From assembly GCA_946534715.1 (NCBI GenBank), contig CAMNCW010000026.1:5611-69610 (forward strand): a stretch of DNA of 64,000 nucleotides, in the 5' to 3' direction. The notes beneath the pieces are model-generated. The model was not told where the DNA came from, did not search any database, and saw only the letters and a program-made list of their open reading frames with translations. Below are positions 9,688 to 17,510 of the stretch, one piece after another. Positions within the stretch are counted from its first letter, which is position 1, and each line of letters begins with the position of its first letter. The translations under genes and the position numbers were made by a program. Source of the stretch: an uncultured Bacteroidales bacterium. GTDB lineage: Bacteria; Bacteroidota; Bacteroidia; Bacteroidales; Paludibacteraceae.

Positions 9688-9921
9688 ATGGGTAAGTATC
9701 GCGTCATAGTATTCCTTTTTGCCCTCGGGCTCATCAGTTGCGCTTCTAATCAAGTGCCGCTTGATGATGCGTATTATTGGCCGGACAAATCCGCTGTCTC
9801 AACCAATACGCAAACAACGACTACAACGCAAACAACGACAACAACGGCAACTACGCAAAAGCCCCTTGTCGAGTTTCTTACTGTCAAAGACACTACCGTA
9901 ACAGTCAAAATTAAGCGATGA
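9688..9921 (+). CDS. Small Thr/Gln-rich lipoprotein
   Basis: Lipobox LGLISC, followed by TQTTTTTQTTTTTATTQ encoded by an 18-nt repeat. Confidence 0.5.
   Translation: MGKYRVIVFLFALGLISCASNQVPLDDAYYWPDKSAVSTNTQTTTTTQTTTTTATTQKPLVEFLTVKDTTVTVKIKR
9808..9861 (+). repeat. 18-nt tandem repeat x3 (acgcaaacaacgacwaca)
   Basis: Encodes TQTTTT units. The core caaacaacg resembles the decamer array at 21474-21511. Confidence 0.7.
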
Positions 9922-11249
9922 AAAACCTCCGATACATATTGTCCTTTGTCCTTTGTACATTGTCCCTTTGTACTTTTGCACAGGATTATGCCCGTATCTC
10001 CGAGCGCTCTATCATGGGAACAGCGCGCTATGTGGGTATGGGAGGTGCGATGTCTGCTATCGGTGGCGACCCGTCTTCTATTCATGACAACCCTGCCGGA
10101 TTAGGACTTTACCGGCGTACGGAGATGATGATCACGTTTGACGGCATGTTCGATAAGACTACTCAACCGGGTTATCAGGATGTCGGCGAAAGGCGACTCT
10201 TCATGGCGCCACAAGCATCGCTGATCTTCTCCATGCCTTCTTATAGCGCGGACGATGAGGGAGTTCAGTTCAATAATCTCTCTTTGTCTTACCGCCGCCT
10301 CAATACATTCAATCGTCTGTGGCTCGGTTCGGGCGAGAAGGACTTGTCCCTCGGAGCGTTGTTAACCACAGCGGATGTCAAATGGGATATACCCTTCTGC
10401 TCCGAGAAGATAAATGCAACCAATCTTCTCGACTTAGCGGAGAGCGGTCACACCAGTGAGTTCGCGATTGATTGGGCAATTAACATCTCTAATAGATGGT
10501 TTGTGGGTTTCGGAGTGCATATTCAGTCTTATTTCTTGGCTTCGGACGGAGATTTTCAGGAGACTTTTTCTTCCAAGAATGCGTTCGGAAGGAATATGTA
10601 TAACCTCAACCAAACGAAACTGACCCTTTCGGGAACAGGATGTAACCTCACAGCAGGGCTCATCTATCGTCCGGCTTCTTGGATCCGTATGGGATTTGGT
10701 ATTCAGACGCCTACATTGGGATCGCTCAATACTTATACCTCCGGCACACTCGTTGCCTTGACGGATTCGGTTCGGTATTCCTATGCACCTAATGCGTATA
10801 GCCGTGATTCGAAGTTCCATATGCCTCTGCATTTGTCTTCTTCGGTAGCCTTTCAAGTGGGCGCGTATGGCATGCTTGCATTCCAATATGATTATTTCAA
10901 GCAACTGCAAAACGATGCCGTTCATTCCTTGCGAACCGGTCTTGAGGTCATTCCTGTCATGGGATTGTATGTGAATGCCGGATATGCGTTTGAGAGCACT
11001 TTCAAGAAGAATACGAACCCTGTTCCGATGGATCCGACTTTTGAGCGTCAAGATACCTATTTCGTGACCCCGCAGTGGTCGCAATATGTCTCTGCCGCAA
11101 TCGGCTATCGAGGAACAATTATGATGGTTCAAGCAGCATACCAATATCGCTGGCAAAGAACTAATCTATATGCCCACGAGAATGCCTCGCCATATGATAT
11201 GAATGCCACTACCCACCGCATCATTTTTACCATAGGCTGGCATAGATAA
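9918..11249 (+). CDS. Outer-membrane beta-barrel protein (FadL/PorV-like N-terminal motif)
   Basis: Signal peptide plus RYVGMGGAMSAIGGDPSSIHDNPAGLG, a motif seen in FadL/PorV-type barrels. 443 aa. Confidence 0.5.
   Translation: MKNLRYILSFVLCTLSLCTFAQDYARISERSIMGTARYVGMGGAMSAIGGDPSSIHDNPAGLGLYRRTEMMITFDGMFDKTTQPGYQDVGERRLFMAPQASLIFSMPSYSADDEGVQFNNLSLSYRRLNTFNRLWLGSGEKDLSLGALLTTADVKWDIPFCSEKINATNLLDLAESGHTSEFAIDWAINISNRWFVGFGVHIQSYFLASDGDFQETFSSKNAFGRNMYNLNQTKLTLSGTGCNLTAGLIYRPASWIRMGFGIQTPTLGSLNTYTSGTLVALTDSVRYSYAPNAYSRDSKFHMPLHLSSSVAFQVGAYGMLAFQYDYFKQLQNDAVHSLRTGLEVIPVMGLYVNAGYAFESTFKKNTNPVPMDPTFERQDTYFVTPQWSQYVSAAIGYRGTIMMVQAAYQYRWQRTNLYAHENASPYDMNATTHRIIFTIGWHR
9939..9980. repeat. Heptamer array TTGTNCN x6 (42 nt) encoding the signal-peptide h-region
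   Basis: ttgtcct ttgtcct ttgtaca ttgtccc tttgtac ttttgca gives SFVLCTLSLCTFA. This is the reverse complement of the GTACAAR arrays that encode the C-terminal tails at 32321, 34104 and 37401. Confidence 0.8.
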
Positions 11250-11268
11250 TGGATAATTGATAATTGAG
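11245..11268. repeat. Heptamer array GATAATK x3.4
   Basis: gataatg gataatt gataatt gag, overlapping the stop codon at 11247-11249. Confidence 0.7.
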
Positions 11269-11327
11269 ATCCCGAAAGACCCACGAAAAACCCGCGAAAT
11301 ACCCGCGAAAGAGGGGCGAAAAAATGA
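11268..11327 (+). repeat. 11-nt period array (CGAAANACCCR x5) with GATCC leader
   Basis: gatcc cgaaagaccca cgaaaaacccg cgaaatacccg cgaaagagggg cgaaaaaatga. An inverted copy lies at 43371-43422. Confidence 0.85.
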
Positions 11328-11352
11328 TAAATCGTAAATAGTCAATAAACAT

Positions 11353-11589
11353 AGCGTCTGTATAACACAATAGGAACCGGAAAACTCAACAAAAATTAAC
11401 TAACCGAGTGCAAATGCTTCACTAATGGCGTGCCGGTACTCTACGCCGAGACCCGTGAACGTTTATTCTTTACATTCGTATAAACACACGGTAGCGATGA
11501 GGTGGCCGGATTACAGAGGAAAAAGCAGGCCTCAAATCCTATTCTCAGGAAGTTTTCTCGAGTAAAAAAGTTATACAGACGCTTTTTTT
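11353..11589 (+). other. About 237-nt element closed by a perfect 14-bp inverted repeat plus T7 (candidate structured sRNA or MITE)
   Basis: AGCGTCTGTATAAC at 11353-11366 pairs with GTTATACAGACGCT at 11570-11583, followed by TTTTTTT. A further AATAGGA/TCCTATT pairing lies inside. No credible ORF. Confidence 0.35.
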
Positions 11590-11635
11590 GTGCCTATATT
11601 TGCATTTTTTTCTTGCATATATGCCAAAAAAGCAG

Positions 11636-11643
11636 TATCTTTG
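11636..11643 (+). promoter_or_regulatory. Bacteroidota -7 promoter box TAtcTTTG
   Basis: Preceded by the palindrome-like cTTGCATATATGCCAAA in the -33 region. ATG at 11687. Confidence 0.6.
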
Positions 11644-11686
11644 CATCACTTTTCAATGAAATGCACAAATCTATCTGTTCAAAAGA

Positions 11687-12472
11687 ATGAAAATTGCCAT
11701 TATCGGAGCGGGGAGTGTGGGGACAAACCTGCATCACGCGTTTGAGTTAAAAGGAATAAAAACGGAACTGGTACACGCGCGACCGCTGACCGGCGAAGAA
11801 AGCGAAAAAGCCATCGCGGCATTACCGCACGCGGATGCGTATATTTATACGGTGGCTGATCATGCACTGCGGGAGGTAGTGGCAGTTGTGAATGCGCCGA
11901 AAGCCCTGCATATGCACACTTCCGGATCTATGCCCATTGAGGTCTTCGGACCCGATAAGCCGCATAGCGGTATATTGTATTTTCTCCAATCGTTCAGCCG
12001 GACGAAACTGATTGATGATTGGAGCAGTATTCCTTGTTTTGTAGAGGGGAAAAGCATAGATGATCTGGCAGCTATTTATTCTTTGGCACAGATGGTGACG
12101 AGCCGCATCTATGAGGCAAACCAACATGACCGCGAGCGCTTGCATATAGCGGCTATTTTTGCCAATAACTATTCCAATCTGATGTACCGCATTGCCGCTC
12201 AAGTGCTCAAAGAGACGCAGATACCCTTTGAGGCTTTATTGCCGCTGATTGATAATACGGCGGCAAAGATCCATCTAATGGCACCTAAAGACTCGCAGAC
12301 AGGCCCTGCACAACGCGGAGACGAAGCTGTCATGGCGCATCAGGCTGAGATCCTTAAACAAGTAAAAATGAATACAGAGCCGTTTAACGGGGAAGAATTG
12401 AGCGCATTGTATCAAGAGCTCGCAGCGTTAATCGGGAGAGGGCGTAATCATCCAAATCGTCCCAACGAATAA
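11687..12472 (+). CDS. Rossmann-fold NAD(P)-binding protein with DUF2520-like C-terminal domain
   Basis: MKIAIIGAGSVGTNL dinucleotide-binding motif; 261 aa. Confidence 0.55.
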   Translation: MKIAIIGAGSVGTNLHHAFELKGIKTELVHARPLTGEESEKAIAALPHADAYIYTVADHALREVVAVVNAPKALHMHTSGSMPIEVFGPDKPHSGILYFLQSFSRTKLIDDWSSIPCFVEGKSIDDLAAIYSLAQMVTSRIYEANQHDRERLHIAAIFANNYSNLMYRIAAQVLKETQIPFEALLPLIDNTAAKIHLMAPKDSQTGPAQRGDEAVMAHQAEILKQVKMNTEPFNGEELSALYQELAALIGRGRNHPNRPNE

Positions 12473-13457
12473 GCATAGTGCCGGGGATCTCCGGCATTTT
12501 TTGTACCCGATGAACAATAAATCGCGCATGGATCTTCTGATGCGATAAGACGTGTACGATATGGGTCATGGGGTATTGTGCGTTGGTCATCTCCGTTGTT
12601 GGCTCATCGGCATGTTCTTCGTACGGAAATTCGTACAGATGATACCAGATGTCTTTGGGATTTTCACGTCTCTGTATCAATGTATATGCCTCGTTCTCCT
12701 TTTTTACTTGTACGTATATATGGTATGTAAACCAACGGTCTCGCACCTTTGGGCGAGGTTTGCGCACAGGTAGCAAATCGGCGGTATTATGGAGATGCCC
12801 CAAACAGATTTCGTTGAGCGGACAGGTCTCGCACGCATCGCCTAAAACCGGAGTGCAATAGAGCGCCCCGAACTCCATGATTGCGGAATTGAACAGCCGT
12901 GGGTTATCGCGATCCAGAAGGAGTTCTATCTCCTTGTGAAAACGTTTCTTACCGGCGGTCGTATCAAAGGGCTCATCTATATCCAACAGACGTGCTACTA
13001 CGCGATATACGTTTCCGTCCATAGCCGGGTAGGGCAGGTTGTATGCAAACGATGCTATCGCGCCGGCTGTATAATCGCCTATGCCGGGCAAAGCACGGAT
13101 CTCCTCAAAGGTCTTCGGAAAGCTATAAGCGCTCTGTTCGCCGCGCTCTACTTGGGACTTTTGGCTTGCAACAATCATCTGCGACGCCTTATGTAAATTG
13201 CGCGCGCGTGAGTAATATCCCAAACCCTGCCATTCACGTAGCACTTCCGCTTCATCGGCGGCTGCCAAATCTTCCACTTTCGGCCACCGGGCTATAAAAC
13301 GCAGGTAATATTCCATTCCCTGAGCCACGCGGGTTTGTTGCAAAATAATTTCACTCAACCAAATAAAATAGGGGTCCTCAGTCTCGCGCCAAGGAAGAAT
13401 TCGGTGGTTGATTTCGTACCATGTATATAATCGGTTATAAATTAGTGAGTTGAGCAT
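12384..13457 (-). CDS. mutY: A/G-specific adenine DNA glycosylase
   Basis: LPWRETEDPYFIWLSEIILQQTRV HhH-GPD core, a 4Fe-4S Cys cluster (C..C..C..C) and a NUDIX-like C-terminal domain. Confidence 0.9.
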   Translation of the reverse strand: MLNSLIYNRLYTWYEINHRILPWRETEDPYFIWLSEIILQQTRVAQGMEYYLRFIARWPKVEDLAAADEAEVLREWQGLGYYSRARNLHKASQMIVASQKSQVERGEQSAYSFPKTFEEIRALPGIGDYTAGAIASFAYNLPYPAMDGNVYRVVARLLDIDEPFDTTAGKKRFHKEIELLLDRDNPRLFNSAIMEFGALYCTPVLGDACETCPLNEICLGHLHNTADLLPVRKPRPKVRDRWFTYHIYVQVKKENEAYTLIQRRENPKDIWYHLYEFPYEEHADEPTTEMTNAQYPMTHIVHVLSHQKIHARFIVHRVQKMPEIPGTMLIRWDDLDDYALSRLTLRALDTMRSILPR

Positions 13458-13498
13458 AAAAAATCGTTTTTTTACCGCTTAAAAGTCCAATTTGCGTG

Positions 13499-13506
13499 CA
13501 AAATTA
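13499..13506 (-). promoter_or_regulatory. -7 box (reverse complement TAatTTTG) for mutY
   Basis: caaaatta, 42 nt upstream of the mutY ATG (13457). Confidence 0.5.
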
Positions 13507-13569
13507 CAAAAAAATAATGATTTTTGCAATTTTTTTCGCGAAAAACTTTTGTATTTCAATAATTTATAT

Positions 13570-13577
13570 TAACTTTG
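13570..13577 (+). promoter_or_regulatory. -7 box TAacTTTG for the HU gene
   Basis: Matches TAnnTTTG; ATG at 13620. Confidence 0.5.
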
Positions 13578-13619
13578 CAGAGTTTTTCGGATTTTAATAA
13601 TAAAAAATAACAAAATAAC

Positions 13620-13904
13620 ATGACAAAAGCTGAACTTATTACAGAAATCGCTCTCAAGACCGGATTCGACAAAAAGTCGATCAATGTCATTATTGACGGA
13701 TTCACAGAGGGCGTAAAAAGCAACCTGTCCAAGGGTGAAAATGTATATATCCGTGGTTTCGGTAGTTTCGTAACCAAAACGCGTGCAGCTAAAGTGGCAC
13801 GTAATATCACTCGCGAGATTTCTATCGCAGTGCCGGAGCATAAAATACCGTCATTCAGACCCGCTGCTGAGTTTAAAGAGGCAGTTCGTAAATTGAAGAA
13901 ATAA
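13620..13904 (+). CDS. hup: HU-family DNA-binding protein
   Basis: 94 aa. MTKAELI...VYIRGFGSF..K.RAA..ARN is the canonical HU/IHF pattern. Confidence 0.9.
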   Translation: MTKAELITEIALKTGFDKKSINVIIDGFTEGVKSNLSKGENVYIRGFGSFVTKTRAAKVARNITREISIAVPEHKIPSFRPAAEFKEAVRKLKK

Positions 13905-13940
13905 TTAACATTAAGTAACAATTTAATAATTAACACAATT

Positions 13941-14030
13941 ATGCCAAACGGAAAGAAGCATAAGAGACACAAGATGTCCACGCACAAACGTAAAAAACGT
14001 CTGCGTAAGAATCGTCATAAGCATAAGTAA
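13941..14030 (+). CDS. 29-aa highly basic micro-protein (possible bS22-like small ribosomal protein)
   Basis: MPNGKKHKRHKMSTHKRKKRLRKNRHKHK. Below the ORF-track length cutoff. Followed by a strong terminator. Confidence 0.45.
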   Translation: MPNGKKHKRHKMSTHKRKKRLRKNRHKHK

Positions 14031-14045
14031 TTGACGATGCTGTTC

Positions 14046-14102
14046 AGCTTTGTGGCGCTAAGCCTGTTCAAGTGTGGACAGGTTTGCCACAAGGCTTTTT
14101 TA
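14046..14102 (+). terminator. Rho-independent terminator
   Basis: agctttgtggc...gccacaaggct stem with an inner cctgt/acagg stem, followed by TTTTTT. Confidence 0.7.
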
Positions 14103-14127
14103 TTTCATTTTTAATCCCTAATCAAGT

Positions 14128-16182
14128 ATGAAAAGCGAATTGATTGTTGACGTACAGCCTGCTGAAATCGCTATCGCCCTGACTGAGGATGACCGTTTAC
14201 AAGAGGTCTCGCGTGAGAAAAGAGATCAGGATAATTTCTCTGTGGGAAATATCTATTACGGTCGTGTGAAGAAGGTCATGCCGGCGTTAAATGCGGCTTT
14301 CGTGGATGTAGGTCATGAGAAAGAAGCTTTTCTGCATTATTTGGATTTAGGTTCTCAGTATCGAACGCTGCAATCGTACGTTACCAAAGCCGTTTCTGAC
14401 CGACGCCGTGTGCCTGTCATCACGAAGACACAACGGCTTCCGGAAGTAGGCAAAGAGGGACAGATAGCTGATGTGCTGAAAGTGGGGGATCCTATTCTCG
14501 TGCAGGTCTCGAAAGAGCCGATTAACACTAAAGGACCGCGACTGACGGCTGAAATCTCTATCGCAGGAAGAAATATCGTCCTTATTCCTTTTGCAGACGG
14601 CGTTATGGTAAGCCAGAAAATTAAACGCGAGGCAGAACGCCAGCGTCTTAAACAACTGATGTTGTCTATCAAACCTGCGGGTTTCGGCATCATTGTTCGC
14701 ACTGTAGCAGAAGATAAACGTGTGGCTGAGTTGGACAACGAGCTGCGATTGTTGATTGAACGATGGGAAGAGACAATCAAGTCCCTTCAACAAAAAGAGC
14801 CGGTTAGTCTGGTCTCCGAGGAGATGGGACGAACTCTCGGTATCATCCGGGATGTCTTAAGTCCGGACTTTACTTCTATTCAGGTCAATGACAAGGACAT
14901 CTATAATGATGTGCGTCATTATCTGGAACTCATCGCTCCGGAAAGCGCCAAGATCGTCAAACTCTACCAGGATGCGCAACCTATTTTTGACCATTTCGAC
15001 ATCACCCGACAGATGAAAACGGGTCTCGGCAGAACGGTCGGTTTTAAACATGGAGGTTATCTCATTATTGATAAAACCGAAGCACTGTTCTCCATTGATG
15101 TCAATTCCGGCAGCAAAAAGATTTATGAGGACCAGGAGCAAAATGCGTTCCAGTTTAATATGCTGGCAGCTGACGAGTTAGTTCACCAACTTCGATTGCG
15201 TGATATTGGAGGCATTATCATCGTCGATTTTATTGACATGGATGATAAAGGCCACCAGCAGCAACTCTACGAGTATGTCCGCAAACTCATGGAACGGGAT
15301 CGTGCGAAACATAATGTGTTGCCACTTAGCAAATTCGGCTTGATGCAAATCACGCGTCAACGTGTAAGGCCTGCGGTAGAGGTAGATGTAACCGAGACTT
15401 GTCCTACCTGTATGGGAAAGGGGAAAATTCAGTCTTCTATTCTCTTTACAGACCAAATTGCCGATGAATGCGAGCACATGGTGGAGCATTATGGAAGGGG
15501 ACTGACATTGCATTTGCATCCGTATATTTACGCGTATGTAAACAAAGGATGGCTCTTCTCTCTCAAAGCCCAATGGAGGCGCAAGTTCGGTGTTCGTTTG
15601 ATTGAAAATCAATCGCTCGGTATGTTGGAAATGCGATTCTTTGATGAGAGCGGAAAACCGATTTCGCATCACCATGAGGAGCCGAAACAGGCACCGAAGA
15701 AAGAGGTTAAAGAGGTGAAAGAAGCTAAGGTGGAGCAACCAAAACAGGTGGAACAACCGAAGCAGGTAGAGCAACCCAAGCCGGTGGAAAAACCGAAGCA
15801 GGTAGAGCAACCCAAGCCGGTTGAGAAACCAAAACAGGTGGAACAACCGAAGCAGGTAGAGCAACCAAAGCCGGTGGAAAAACCGAAGCAGGTGGAGCAA
15901 CCAAAGCCGGTGGAAAAACCGAAGGAGGAAAAGCCCAAACAACCTGAGCAACCGAAGCCTGCAAAGAAAAAAGCGGCTAAGAAGAAAGAAGCCCCGAAGG
16001 ATGAGGCTCCGAAGAAAGAAACCCCGAAACAGGAAAAAACAAAAAAGGAGACTCCGAAAATTGATGCTCCTAAAAATCAGGAGCAGAACACACAAAGCGC
16101 AGAGACTCCTAAGAAAAAGCCAGCACGCAAAAAGAAAAAAACAGCAGAGAAACCTGCTGAGAATAATGCAGAAAAGAACTAA
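14128..16182 (+). CDS. rng: Ribonuclease E/G family (RNase G-like) with a 165-aa K/P/E/Q-rich C-terminal extension
   Basis: S1 domain (GNIYYGRVKKVMPALNAAFVDVG), the catalytic core DVNSG and a CPxC zinc link (CPTCMGKG). The tail is (VEQPKQ)n plus a Lys-rich end. Confidence 0.9.
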   Translation: MKSELIVDVQPAEIAIALTEDDRLQEVSREKRDQDNFSVGNIYYGRVKKVMPALNAAFVDVGHEKEAFLHYLDLGSQYRTLQSYVTKAVSDRRRVPVITKTQRLPEVGKEGQIADVLKVGDPILVQVSKEPINTKGPRLTAEISIAGRNIVLIPFADGVMVSQKIKREAERQRLKQLMLSIKPAGFGIIVRTVAEDKRVAELDNELRLLIERWEETIKSLQQKEPVSLVSEEMGRTLGIIRDVLSPDFTSIQVNDKDIYNDVRHYLELIAPESAKIVKLYQDAQPIFDHFDITRQMKTGLGRTVGFKHGGYLIIDKTEALFSIDVNSGSKKIYEDQEQNAFQFNMLAADELVHQLRLRDIGGIIIVDFIDMDDKGHQQQLYEYVRKLMERDRAKHNVLPLSKFGLMQITRQRVRPAVEVDVTETCPTCMGKGKIQSSILFTDQIADECEHMVEHYGRGLTLHLHPYIYAYVNKGWLFSLKAQWRRKFGVRLIENQSLGMLEMRFFDESGKPISHHHEEPKQAPKKEVKEVKEAKVEQPKQVEQPKQVEQPKPVEKPKQVEQPKPVEKPKQVEQPKQVEQPKPVEKPKQVEQPKPVEKPKEEKPKQPEQPKPAKKKAAKKKEAPKDEAPKKETPKQEKTKKETPKIDAPKNQEQNTQSAETPKKKPARKKKKTAEKPAENNAEKN
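15730..15927 (+). repeat. 18-nt tandem repeat x11 (GTGGARCAACCNAARCMG)
   Basis: In-frame units encoding V-E-[QK]-P-K-[QPE] in the RNase G tail. Confidence 0.95.
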
Positions 16183-16184
16183 TG

Positions 16185-16216
16185 ACAAAGCCCGCAAACG
16201 CGGGCTTTGTTGTTTA
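16185..16216. terminator. Bidirectional hairpin terminator between convergent genes
   Basis: acaaagcccg-caaa-cgggctttgt followed by tgttt. The complementary strand has a matching A-rich/T-rich context. Confidence 0.65.
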
Positions 16217-16223
16217 CGTGGTG

Positions 16224-16718
16224 TTATGATTGTTCTTCCAAATCTTCTATCACTGCTCCGGGGATGTACCTTTTTAGTGCGCGGGCTACACCGGTTGTCC
16301 AGTTGTTGATCGATTCATTATCCATTTCCAAACTGCTGATCATCTTCACCACTTGGTCTATCGGCATGCCGTAACGAAGCACACCCGAGATGAGTTTGGC
16401 GTAGTTCCAGAACTCTTTGTCGAACTTATAACTCAAACCCTCCACGGTGATTTTGAAGCCGCGGGTGTTGGTAAACTGGAAATCGTATCGTTTCTGGCCG
16501 TCAGGATCAGTCGTTTTGATGATTTTTCCTTTGGTAACGGATTTGGGCAAGGCTATTCCCATCTCGTCATCAGCCAAACCGGTGAAGATCTCATAGGGCT
16601 TGCCGTCACGCAAACCCACAAAAGCGATCCATTTATCTTTCTGTACTTGGAAACGCACTACGTCGCATTCCAGTTCAGCCGGTCTTTTGAGCATGGTATT
16701 ATTTTCTTGTGTTTCCAT
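16224..16718 (-). CDS. Stand-alone protein resembling the C-terminal segment of class II (B12-dependent) ribonucleotide reductase (NrdJb-like)
   Basis: KRPAELECDVVRF..KWIAFVGLRDGKPYEIFTG and FWNYAKLISGVLRYGMPIDQVVKMISSL parallel the RP..L..kT / PfEiF / AltRliS..lR.G pattern of NrdJ C-termini. No C-terminal redox cysteines. Confidence 0.45.
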   Translation of the reverse strand: METQENNTMLKRPAELECDVVRFQVQKDKWIAFVGLRDGKPYEIFTGLADDEMGIALPKSVTKGKIIKTTDPDGQKRYDFQFTNTRGFKITVEGLSYKFDKEFWNYAKLISGVLRYGMPIDQVVKMISSLEMDNESINNWTTGVARALKRYIPGAVIEDLEEQS

Positions 16719-16738
16719 AAATCATTAAATTTTTAGTG

Positions 16739-17476
16739 TTAACCGATTGTTATTTTAGCGGAGCAGGAAGTCTCTCCGGATTCGTTCTTTTGTTGGTATT
16801 GTACGCCATCTGCCGTAATGAGGTACATCGTCTGGAGTGTTTCTCCGAGCATTGCCTCTTTGGAATAGTTGATGTCCAGACGAACCGGCTTTCCGTAGTA
16901 GTCGGGTAGGAAGGCATCGGTCATGGCTTGCAGGTAGCGGCAGGAATTGCAATGACTGTTATAATCTATATCCGAATAGACCACCTTGTGCGACGAACAA
17001 CCCGTCGGCTCGGGAATAGTAGTCATTCGCACACGGTTCATCTCCAATACTTCACCATCTACACAGCCCTCAAAGATCGGATCATCGAAGATATTGACGA
17101 TCTCGCGTTTCTCCAAATCGAGTACTGCCCAAACACTTTTGCATTGACCGATTAAGATCCATTCTTTCGCTTCTGAAGCACCGTCATTTTGCTTGTAGAT
17201 ACGGAAATTACGCGTGCTGAGCATATGGGCATTGGATTCGATCCATGTCTCAAAACGTACTTTCTGGCAGTGGGTCGGCAGTTCGTACATCTCTACCGAG
17301 AGGCGGGTCAAGATCCATGTCAGACCACGCGGATGAAGAGCTGCGATTCCGAATCCCAAATCATCAGCCACTGTTCCTGCTACTTCCAACAGGTAATTCT
17401 CCAAATTGAAGAGACGCAATTTCTTCGCTGCATCTACTTCCTGGTATTTGATATCAAATAAATAATTGTATTTCAT
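16739..17476 (-). CDS. Acyl-ACP thioesterase
   Basis: 245 aa from MKYNYLFDIKYQEVD. Double hotdog pattern (..TWILTRLSVEMY.. / ..VVYSDIDYNSHCNS..). The longer 418-aa track ORF overlaps the upstream peptidase in another frame. Confidence 0.8.
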   Translation of the reverse strand: MKYNYLFDIKYQEVDAAKKLRLFNLENYLLEVAGTVADDLGFGIAALHPRGLTWILTRLSVEMYELPTHCQKVRFETWIESNAHMLSTRNFRIYKQNDGASEAKEWILIGQCKSVWAVLDLEKREIVNIFDDPIFEGCVDGEVLEMNRVRMTTIPEPTGCSSHKVVYSDIDYNSHCNSCRYLQAMTDAFLPDYYGKPVRLDINYSKEAMLGETLQTMYLITADGVQYQQKNESGETSCSAKITIG

Positions 17477-17477
17477 T

Positions 17478-17510
17478 AATTGTAAATTGTAAATTGTGCA
17501 TTGTAAATTA
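17478..17510. repeat. Heptamer array AATTGTA x4.7
   Basis: aattgta aattgta aattgtg cattgta aatta fills the whole gap between the peptidase stop (17508-17510) and the thioesterase start (17476). Confidence 0.9.

Noticed and set aside
11353-11589. Assigning the inverted-repeat element to SRP RNA, RNase P RNA, tmRNA or a riboswitch
   Set aside because: I could not find the conserved cores: the SRP GGAA/AGCAG helix 8, the RNase P GAGGAAAGUCC, the tmRNA ends, or B12/TPP/FMN boxes. Only a generic 6S-like shape remains possible, so no family name is given.
12384-12472. 89-nt convergent overlap of mutY and the DUF2520-like gene as a regulatory antisense arrangement
   Set aside because: Both C-terminal extensions are non-conserved-looking tails. 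The overlap is most simply explained by late stop codons, with no further supporting signal.
15178-16197. 339-aa minus-strand ORF (plus 89- and 79-aa ORFs) antisense to the RNase G tail
   Set aside because: It exists only because the K/P/E/Q repeat has no stops on the complementary strand. The product is low-complexity L/F/R-rich, and the plus-strand RNase G reading is clearly homologous.
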